Below, piece by piece: positions 55,010-62,237 of a stretch of 64,000 bases of DNA. The notes under the pieces are model-generated. The model ran no database searches. It was not told the origin of the DNA and worked only from the letters and a program-made list of their open reading frames with translations. The stretch lies in IMG/VR virus record IMGVR_UViG_3300045747_000505, one strand, 5' to 3'. Position 1 is the stretch's first letter; each line of letters starts with the position of its first letter. The translations under genes were made by a program, and so were the position numbers. This stretch comes from a virus (Duplodnaviria; Caudoviricetes).

Positions 55010-56134
55010 ATGTTCCCGACCATCAACCATCTCAACGACCTGCTCCCGTACATTCAGGACAACCCGCAAATCCGGGTGAAGGTCGAGCCGAACGGCATGA
55101 CCGTCGTGTGCTACATGCTGCAAGACGAGGACACCTTCTCGGGTGCCAACGCCGACTTCGCTGCCGAGTGCCGTGGCATCACCTTTCACCAGAATGGCAA
55201 GATCGCTGCTCGTACCCTCCACAAGTTCTTCAACGTTGGTCAGGAAGACAGCACCCGTCCGGAGAACATCGACTGGACCAAGGTCGTTCGCATCATGGAC
55301 AAGCGTGATGGTTCGATGATCACTCCGGTCCTGGTCGGCGGTCTCGTGAAGTGCAAGACCAAGAAGTCGTTCGACACCAAGGAAGCGGCGCTGGCCGATT
55401 CGCTGGTGCGCGCTGATCCGGCGAAGCTGCAGTGGGTGAACGATCTGCTGCTTTGCGGCTACACCCCGACCTTCGAGGTGACCTCGCCGTCGCTGCCGAT
55501 CGTGCTGCTCTACGACAAGGACGAGCTGACCCTGCTTCACATTCGCTCGAACCGCACCGGTCGCTATCTGGACGAGGACGAGGTCAAGGCGTTCAAGCCG
55601 CCGTTCCCAATGGTCGAGAACGTGATGCAACGGTTCGTCGATGAGGCCACTGGCCTGGTCGACTGGGCGCTGCTGAAGGAAGCTGCTGAGGTCGCCACTG
55701 GTGTCGAGGGCTGGGTCATCCAGTTCGAGAACGGCGACATGGTCAAGCTGAAGACTCAGTGGTACTGCGACCTGCATCACTCGGTGACCTTCACCCGGTG
55801 GCGTGACATCGCCCGCTCGGTGGTTGCGGACCAGTCCGACGACTTGAAGGGCGCGTTCGCGATGACCGGTCGTTCGATCGAGCCGATTCTGACCGTCGAG
55901 CGTGGCATCAAGGGCAAGATCGAAACCGCCAAGATGGCGGTGAAGGAGATCGTGTTGCTGGGCGTCGTGACCGAGAAGGACGTCAAGGCCATGGCCATGG
56001 AGTACAAGTCGCACCCGATGTTCGGTCAGATCATGCGCGCCTTCCGTGGTCAAGAGATCAACTGGATGGAGTGGTACGAGAAGTTCCACCTCGACACTGA
56101 TTGGTCGCTGCTGGTTGTTGGAGATGAAGCATGA
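55010..56134 (+). CDS. RNA ligase 1 (T4 Rnl1 family)
   Basis: ECRGITF, HKFFNVGQ, motif I KRDGS, TFE, EGWVI, KLKTQWY. Confidence 0.9.
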   Translation: MFPTINHLNDLLPYIQDNPQIRVKVEPNGMTVVCYMLQDEDTFSGANADFAAECRGITFHQNGKIAARTLHKFFNVGQEDSTRPENIDWTKVVRIMDKRDGSMITPVLVGGLVKCKTKKSFDTKEAALADSLVRADPAKLQWVNDLLLCGYTPTFEVTSPSLPIVLLYDKDELTLLHIRSNRTGRYLDEDEVKAFKPPFPMVENVMQRFVDEATGLVDWALLKEAAEVATGVEGWVIQFENGDMVKLKTQWYCDLHHSVTFTRWRDIARSVVADQSDDLKGAFAMTGRSIEPILTVERGIKGKIETAKMAVKEIVLLGVVTEKDVKAMAMEYKSHPMFGQIMRAFRGQEINWMEWYEKFHLDTDWSLLVVGDEA

Positions 56135-56460
56135 GCTATCGTGAACGCTCCCACTGGCTCCTCCTCACGCAGGAGGAGCTGAACGCCAAGCCGACTCGCG
56201 AGCTGCTCGCCATCCTGCAGTGGGCGCGGTACGTGCCGAAGTGCTCTTGCGGTCAGATGCTCGGTGACTGCGACGGTGGTCTCACGAAGGACGAGCTCGA
56301 TCGCGTCGAGCAGCGCTTCGCTCTGAAGATTAGAACCAAGACTGCGCTAAATACCCTGTACGGCAGTCTGGTTCGTGAACACGTGCCAGGTCGTGCAGAG
56401 GGCAAAAAGATCCGTCGTGATCGTCAGGCTCGAAAGGAACGCAAGCAGCTGGAGTACTGA
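56131..56460 (+). CDS. Hypothetical protein
   Basis: 109 aa; CSCG...C; ATGA coupling. Confidence 0.7.
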   Translation: MSYRERSHWLLLTQEELNAKPTRELLAILQWARYVPKCSCGQMLGDCDGGLTKDELDRVEQRFALKIRTKTALNTLYGSLVREHVPGRAEGKKIRRDRQARKERKQLEY

Positions 56461-56461
56461 G

Positions 56462-56638
56462 ATGATTGTAGATGCCCACACCGTTGTTGATGACCTGTTC
56501 GAGTTCCTCTACCAAGAGCGTGACGAGCTGAACGCTGGGCACGCTGAGTCGCGCGAGGAGATGGTGCATCGACACAAGGAAGTTGGCATCATCCTCACCG
56601 AGCTGAAGCGCCTCATCGCACTACACACCACTGAGTGA
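56462..56638 (+). CDS. Small hypothetical protein
   Basis: 58 aa MIVDAHTVVDDLF...; GGAG upstream. Confidence 0.6.
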   Translation: MIVDAHTVVDDLFEFLYQERDELNAGHAESREEMVHRHKEVGIILTELKRLIALHTTE

Positions 56639-56640
56639 TC

Positions 56641-56868
56641 ATGAAACACGAAGTTGAAGAAGCGCAGCGGTTGCTGCAACCAATGCTTGACCTGTTCGGC
56701 GGTGCCGATGGTGGCGTTGCGTTCGCCAAGCTTCGGCACGGATTCCTGCCGGACATCATCAGAGTGCACACCGAGAAGTCAACCCAAACGTCGGAGGACT
56801 TTCTGCGAATGGTCGAGCAGTTCTCAAGGCTTTGCCAGCTGATGCTGGACCAGAGCAAAAAGGGTTAG
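56641..56868 (+). CDS. Hypothetical protein
   Basis: 75 aa. Confidence 0.6.
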   Translation: MKHEVEEAQRLLQPMLDLFGGADGGVAFAKLRHGFLPDIIRVHTEKSTQTSEDFLRMVEQFSRLCQLMLDQSKKG

Positions 56869-57077
56869 AGCGACGAACCCAGATTGCGCTCGATCAGCGC
56901 ATCGATCTTCTCCAACGACTGCTTCAACACCAACCCGATCTGAGGATGGGAGCGAAACGCCCACGCCTTTTCTTGCAGCTGGGATCGAACATCGACCAGC
57001 TGCATAGGGGTAAGGGTCTCCCAAGTGTTCGCTGGCGGGATCGGCTTGGTGGCTTCGTCGACGTACTGAATTGACAT
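56865..57077 (-). CDS. Small late protein
   Basis: 70 aa; AGGAG RBS; TAAATA at 57102-57107 (minus); N-terminus MSIQYVDE. Confidence 0.7.
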   Translation of the reverse strand: MSIQYVDEATKPIPPANTWETLTPMQLVDVRSQLQEKAWAFRSHPQIGLVLKQSLEKIDALIERNLGSSL

Positions 57078-57101
57078 AGGCTGCTCCTGAGTTTGACTGA
57101 C

Positions 57102-57134
57102 TATTTATGTTCGTTCAACGGCGGACTATAAATA
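57102..57134. promoter_or_regulatory. Divergent pair of T4-type late promoters
   Basis: TAAATA on minus (57102-57107) and full TATAAATA on plus (57127-57134). Confidence 0.75.
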
Positions 57135-57166
57135 GAATCAGAACAACACTTACCGCGAGCACTTAC

Positions 57167-57541
57167 ATGGCGTTCACTCTTCTTCAGCAAGTCTCCGTCT
57201 TCGAAGGTCAAGGACCTGTCTCGGTCAAGCTCACCCTTGGCGAGATCATTCGCGACGGTAAGGTCACGAACCCTTATCAAATCTACGTGCTCTCGTGGTT
57301 GTCCGAGTTCTTCAAGAACGGGCAGAAGTCAGCTGCCCTTCAGCTCGAGATGCCAGTCTCGATTGGCAGCAACGCGACAAATACCGAAGTCATCGACAGT
57401 CTCAAGAAGATGTCGCCTGCCGACCAAGTTCACCTTGCCCAGTACCTCAGTGATTGCATAGATGCCGGCGAATCGGCGGTGCACGACGCGAAGTCGACCA
57501 TTGTGGATTGGATGAAGTTCGTTCTGCACAAGCAGAAGTAA
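57167..57541 (+). CDS. Late hypothetical protein, candidate internal head protein
   Basis: 124 aa from ATG 57167; MAFTLLQQVSVFE. Confidence 0.7.
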   Translation: MAFTLLQQVSVFEGQGPVSVKLTLGEIIRDGKVTNPYQIYVLSWLSEFFKNGQKSAALQLEMPVSIGSNATNTEVIDSLKKMSPADQVHLAQYLSDCIDAGESAVHDAKSTIVDWMKFVLHKQK

Positions 57542-57707
57542 AGAATTCACGTCGAGTAATCGACCTCTGAAAGCCGACGCTGGTCAATCCTACAAATAGT
57601 GAATCGCTATTGCGACTCAAGCACTCTCCTCAGACCAGCCCGTTCGGTAACTCGCGCCTCGACTAACGTCGAGGTATTCCGTCCTCCCTGTTTTCGTAGG
57701 AGAAATA

Positions 57708-58502
57708 ATGGGAAGAAGACTCGCACTGGCATCAAAGCAAAAGTATCCACAAGACTCTAAGTCTGCTCAACTTCACGAGGGAAAAGCTATTCGACTGCGC
57801 AACAATCCAACCCCACAATCGGCCTCTCAAGAGTACTACCTTGAGTCGCTGAACAATGCCGATGTCACAATCGGAACAGGGCCAGCCGGCTCTGGCAAGT
57901 CCTTTCTGGCGATGTCCGTCGCCGTCAAGAAGCTCCTCGATGGAGACGTCCAGCGGGTCGTGATCACACGGCCAATCGTTGAGGCGGGTGAATCACTTGG
58001 CTTTCTGCCAGGCACCTTCGAGGAGAAAATCTCTCCGTACCTCCTCCCACTGCTCGATGCGCTGCAGGACCTAGTCGGTCCGACGATGGCGAAGAAACTC
58101 CTCGACGAGAAGAAGATCGAGTTTGCTCCGTTGGCGTACATGCGCGGTCGCACGTTCAACAACTGCTACGTCATTCTTGACGAGGCGCAGAACACGACCA
58201 TTGAGCAGATGAAGCTGTTCCTGACCCGCATCGGCAACTACTCGCGGTTCGCTGTGAATGGTGATGCAAGTCAGACGGACCTTCGTGGAGTGCCGGAGAC
58301 TGGACTTGAGTGGGCAGTACGAAAGCTGCGTGGTCGCATGGAAGGGATCAACGTGATCGAGTTTAGCCATAGCGACGTCGTCCGCTCCGAGGTGCTGAAG
58401 CGCATGCTGAAGTATCTCGACGCGCCGGATGAGCGTGTTGTGCGCGAGCCGCGAGCCGCTCGCGCCACCGGTGGTGTGAAGCCTGCTATCTTCGCAGGCT
58501 AA
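57708..58502 (+). CDS. phoH: PhoH-family ATPase
   Basis: GPAGSGKS, TRP.VE..E.LGFLPG, YMRGRTF, LDEAQN, GD..Q.DL, DVVRS. Confidence 0.95.
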   Translation: MGRRLALASKQKYPQDSKSAQLHEGKAIRLRNNPTPQSASQEYYLESLNNADVTIGTGPAGSGKSFLAMSVAVKKLLDGDVQRVVITRPIVEAGESLGFLPGTFEEKISPYLLPLLDALQDLVGPTMAKKLLDEKKIEFAPLAYMRGRTFNNCYVILDEAQNTTIEQMKLFLTRIGNYSRFAVNGDASQTDLRGVPETGLEWAVRKLRGRMEGINVIEFSHSDVVRSEVLKRMLKYLDAPDERVVREPRAARATGGVKPAIFAG

Positions 58503-58520
58503 GGAGCCCGCCGCACCTTT

Positions 58521-58546
58521 GAAGGGACCCTTGTGGTCCCTTTTTT
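58521..58546 (+). terminator. Rho-independent terminator
   Basis: AAGGGACC-cttgt-GGTCCCTT followed by TTTT. Confidence 0.85.
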
Positions 58547-58549
58547 GCG

Positions 58550-58555
58550 TAAATA
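58550..58555 (+). promoter_or_regulatory. T4-type late promoter (TAAATA)
   Basis: Immediately after the phoH terminator, before a structural gene. Confidence 0.65.
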
Positions 58556-58621
58556 CATTTGCGCTTTGTTAGACAGTCGGCCTTAAGCGCGTCCATTATC
58601 CCCAGCCGACGAGGAGTCATC

Positions 58622-60655
58622 ATGAGCTACACATTCAACTACACAAACGCCGCGCTGAACAACAAGGCACCATTCAGCGTTGCCGTCGGCACGCTTGACA
58701 CGACCACCACGGACTTGACCTTCACCGGCAAGGGCGCTGCGAACTTTGGTCAAGCACAGCAAACCAATCTTCTTCGCCTGCTTGAGAACTTCGCCAACAC
58801 GACCGAACCGACTCACGCCACCATCGGTCAGCTCTGGTATGACTCGTCTGAACGCACTCTCAAGGTCTGCACGCAGTCCACGCCGACCAAGGTCTGGCAA
58901 GAGCTGAATGGCGTTCAAGTCACGGACATTGGTGAGCCAGCACCTGGCACCGTGTCGCTTCCACCGCTGCTCGGTGACATGTGGCTTCAGCGCACTGGCA
59001 CTGGCTCTGGCTATCTCTACGTCTTCACTGGGCTCGGACGCTATCCAACGACGGCAACTACCATCGGCGGCTGGGAGCAGATTTGGCCCGCCGTTGAAGT
59101 CTACGCTGGACGCGACGAGTATGACTCGATGCGTCAGCTGCTTGACATGCTCTGCGGCGTCGGTGTCTCGACCTACGGGTCTGGAGCCATTGGGCACTCG
59201 ACCAGCGCGTCAAACCTGACTGACTTCGCAGCACTCGACCTCGACCTGCGCACCAAGTACAAGGCGCTCGGTGTCGATGCCAACGTGCTGTACTCGCCGA
59301 ACTCCGAGCTTGGCATCAGCGAGCAGGACATCAGCAAGACGCTCTTCTACTTCAACGATGCGAACACCTCTGGCGACGGTTACCTCAGCGGACCTGACGT
59401 TGGTGGCTACCCATCGCTGACCTCAGCCGGTTCATTCCTTCTCGATGGTGTCGTCACCGCCGTAGCTGCGCAAACTCCAATCTGGCACAGTCAGCAGGTT
59501 GATGGTGGCTACATCATGTACGACGGCACCAACGCGCTGGTCGCCACGAACGTTGGTGCTCTCACGGCTGACTACTTCGTCGTTCAGCAGCTGCCGACTG
59601 GTCAGTGGCAGTATGACAACAACACAACGTGGGTCAACTTCACGCCAGCTGCCAATCAGCTCATCATCGGCACCATCACGTCTGGTCTCGACAACAACTC
59701 GCTCAGTCCAGTCGACATCGTCGCAATCGTCTGGGCGCACGCTGTACCGTTGGTGGTCGCTCGTCCGAAGTACGAACATCTGAAGGTCGAGCCGAACTCA
59801 CAGGACTGGGACGCTCTGCTCTCAGTCGTGAAGTACGCGCTCAGCCGTCTTGACCTGCCAGCTGGTTTCACTCGCACCGTCAGTCAGCTGCCGTTCGTCT
59901 GCGACGGTCGTCAGGTGCCAGCATCGCTTCAAGGTCTCGCCACCACCGACGTTCGCTATCCATCGCCAGCTCGTCGAGCCGGTCGTCGTGGTTCATCCGT
60001 TGGTCTTGGACAATCATTCGCTGAGACCATCAACGCATTGAACGTTGCCATCGACAATCGCTTCTCGCTGCGTGGCATCAACGGCGCCTCTGGCACGAAC
60101 ACCACGCTGCTCTCGACAGCCAGCATCGACACTGGGCTCACCGCAACTGGCGCGCCAACCGTCGTTGGCGTCACAACGGATGCAACGTTCCGACTTTCAT
60201 TCGCGTCCGATGACCAGCTGATGCGCTGGCTTGGTGCTGGCTCCGCCATTCGCTTTGCCTTCACGCACACTGGTGGCGCTAGCCCAGGCGACACGAACCT
60301 GCGCACGCTGTTCAGCAGCGGTCTGTACGTCATCACCGCTGACCGAGTCCGCGTCTTCGACAGTACCGCCTCGCTGCACGCCACTCAGGCAACCGTGGGC
60401 ATGGGGCTGTGGAATGCTACAGCCGGTGGTCAGCAGCTCGCTACGTACACCAACGGCGCTACGCTGACGGTCTTTGCCGCCGTGTCTCGAACAATTGGTT
60501 CGGTCTATTTCGATATCACCTTCGTCCTCACTCCAAATGGTGCGGTTGCTGGTTCTTTGTCGACCGTGATTACTTTGGTTCAAGACCACGAAAATAGCGG
60601 CGCAGTTTACCCAATTTTGACCAACGCAAATCTGACCGCAACGAATAGTTTCTAA
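58622..60655 (+). CDS. Baseplate/tail-fibre-type structural protein
   Basis: 677 aa from ATG 58622 (GAGGAG RBS); LL.LLENFA...P....GQLWYD...LKV N-terminal module. Confidence 0.75.
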   Translation: MSYTFNYTNAALNNKAPFSVAVGTLDTTTTDLTFTGKGAANFGQAQQTNLLRLLENFANTTEPTHATIGQLWYDSSERTLKVCTQSTPTKVWQELNGVQVTDIGEPAPGTVSLPPLLGDMWLQRTGTGSGYLYVFTGLGRYPTTATTIGGWEQIWPAVEVYAGRDEYDSMRQLLDMLCGVGVSTYGSGAIGHSTSASNLTDFAALDLDLRTKYKALGVDANVLYSPNSELGISEQDISKTLFYFNDANTSGDGYLSGPDVGGYPSLTSAGSFLLDGVVTAVAAQTPIWHSQQVDGGYIMYDGTNALVATNVGALTADYFVVQQLPTGQWQYDNNTTWVNFTPAANQLIIGTITSGLDNNSLSPVDIVAIVWAHAVPLVVARPKYEHLKVEPNSQDWDALLSVVKYALSRLDLPAGFTRTVSQLPFVCDGRQVPASLQGLATTDVRYPSPARRAGRRGSSVGLGQSFAETINALNVAIDNRFSLRGINGASGTNTTLLSTASIDTGLTATGAPTVVGVTTDATFRLSFASDDQLMRWLGAGSAIRFAFTHTGGASPGDTNLRTLFSSGLYVITADRVRVFDSTASLHATQATVGMGLWNATAGGQQLATYTNGATLTVFAAVSRTIGSVYFDITFVLTPNGAVAGSLSTVITLVQDHENSGAVYPILTNANLTATNSF

Positions 60656-60670
60656 CCAGCATTATTCGGT

Positions 60671-60728
60671 GTACACGGGGTTCGTTTTACTCTATAATGA
60701 GCCATCGCTTCGAGAAAGCGAACCCCGT
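60671..60728 (+). promoter_or_regulatory. GTACACGGGGTTCG-class promoter bracketed by a perfect 10-bp inverted repeat
   Basis: GTACAC-N16-TATAAT; ACGGGGTTCG (60675) / CGAACCCCGT (60719). Confidence 0.7.
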
Positions 60729-60752
60729 TAATCCAAACTAGAGGAGCAGATT

Positions 60753-61019
60753 TTGATCCCAACCCGTGCACCCGTTATCGCCACCGGTCAACTCTTTCTC
60801 AACGAGGCTCTCAACGAATACCTCATAGTGACCAAAAATGTTCGAGGTCAAATCTATTACGCTGGACCTGGCTTTCGTGGTTTCTCGGAGGACAATAGCT
60901 TCGTCGAGCGTTTTCAACCCGTGGATCCGGCTGACGTCGAGCCGACAGAACTTCGGACGCTGATCGAGTTCTGCCCAATTGGCACTCGCGCTGCGACCGG
61001 CTATATTGCAAAGGACTAA
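60753..61019 (+). CDS. Hypothetical protein
   Basis: TTG start after GAGGAG; 88 aa. Confidence 0.7.
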   Translation: MIPTRAPVIATGQLFLNEALNEYLIVTKNVRGQIYYAGPGFRGFSEDNSFVERFQPVDPADVEPTELRTLIEFCPIGTRAATGYIAKD

Positions 61020-61024
61020 ATCAA

Positions 61025-61501
61025 ATGGCTATTATCTCAACACGAATGCTTGGCGAGGGAACTGACGAACAGTTTCTCAAGGAGCTTCGAGACGAAATTC
61101 AACTCCGCGCCAATCGAGTTCTCGGCGCCAACGCCATTCAAATCACCACAGATAAGGTCGATTTGATGTCGTCGCTGTCCGGCCTGATCGAAGGTTACGA
61201 GAACGCGACCATGACGATGCTGAGCGATATTCGTGGCTACCAGCTCACCAACGCCATCATGCAGGTCGAGCTGTCTCAAGCGGCAGCGACGATTCGCGCT
61301 TTGACCGCCGTTCCATACGATGCCGCCCTTGATTCGGCGGTGACCGAGTTCATGGACGTGCTGACGTCAACGGTTAATGGTGCCAGCATGTCGCCGGACA
61401 ATACTGTCGTCTTCGATGGGCGTCAAACGATTGGCAAGGGTGATTTGAAACCCGTGCTGCGTGAAGCCATCACGCGCTGGATCGATCAGCGCCTTTCGTA
61501 A
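61025..61501 (+). CDS. Hypothetical protein
   Basis: 158 aa; AAGGA RBS. Confidence 0.75.
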   Translation: MAIISTRMLGEGTDEQFLKELRDEIQLRANRVLGANAIQITTDKVDLMSSLSGLIEGYENATMTMLSDIRGYQLTNAIMQVELSQAAATIRALTAVPYDAALDSAVTEFMDVLTSTVNGASMSPDNTVVFDGRQTIGKGDLKPVLREAITRWIDQRLS

Positions 61502-61558
61502 CAAGCTCAGGATCGTTACACTTTAACCGGTGGCGATCCACCGAATCGAGTGTATAAT
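61498..61558 (+). promoter_or_regulatory. GTAAC-N12-GTTAC element + TATAAT
   Basis: Contains the upstream TAA; TATAAT at 61553 (38 bp). Confidence 0.7.
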
Positions 61559-61582
61559 GGTCCTACCAACCAAGGATACCAA

Positions 61583-62014
61583 ATGACACTCGACGATCTT
61601 CAAGCCCTGCTCCTGGACCAAGATGCTTTTCGTCGTGCACTCCGTCGTGATGACGTGGTCGCCCTGCTCAAAGGCCAGTTCCGCGAAGGTCGCCTGCCGA
61701 ACATTCATCAGGTGACCTTCCCCAACGGGAGCCAGCTGCGCATCAAGTTCTTCGACACGGTCAAGCGCCTCTTCAACGCCAAGAATGTCGAGCTCATCGG
61801 CAAGGAATCCTTCCTGTCCTACATGGAGATCAGCGTGCTGCCCGTCGGCAGCAAGGGCTACTTCTACACCACGGACGTGAGCCAAATCGTCTGGGGCATG
61901 TCACAGACCAAGGCTCGTGTCAAGCACGAAGCCGCCGTGGCTGCCATTCGTGACTTCGCCACCTCGCTCGACATCACGCCGACCTGGACCACGACCTACA
62001 CCGAGAACTATTGA
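61583..62014 (+). CDS. Hypothetical protein
   Basis: 143 aa; AAGGA RBS. Confidence 0.75.
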   Translation: MTLDDLQALLLDQDAFRRALRRDDVVALLKGQFREGRLPNIHQVTFPNGSQLRIKFFDTVKRLFNAKNVELIGKESFLSYMEISVLPVGSKGYFYTTDVSQIVWGMSQTKARVKHEAAVAAIRDFATSLDITPTWTTTYTENY

Positions 62015-62016
62015 TC

Positions 62017-62235
62017 ATGAATGCACGAATTTACGCCTTCGCTTGGTCGCTGATCATCGTCGGTCTCAGCATTGCCGTCTTCATCTGGTACGACAATGTC
62101 GGAGAAGCCTTCAATGCCTTCCACTTCGTCATCGACGGCATGTTCTCGCTGTCCGCTCTCTGGGCAGCTGGCTTCGGTGCCTTCATGATTCACGAGACCA
62201 GCCGCCCGAGCTCGATTCAGTCAATCGCTCGGTAA
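62017..62235 (+). CDS. Small two-helix membrane protein
   Basis: Two hydrophobic segments. Confidence 0.65.
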   Translation: MNARIYAFAWSLIIVGLSIAVFIWYDNVGEAFNAFHFVIDGMFSLSALWAAGFGAFMIHETSRPSSIQSIAR

Positions 62236-62237
62236 CC

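Noticed and set aside
56348-56353. TAAATA inside 56131-56460
   Set aside because: Within a coding region about 110 nt from the next start in an early-type operon; probably chance
18627-61520. Calling the GTAAC/GTTAC elements integron attC sites or a CRISPR array
   Set aside because: Too short, no L boxes or extrahelical bases, GTTACAC does not match GTTRRRY, no integrase seen; not regularly spaced with unique spacers. Kept only as an analogy
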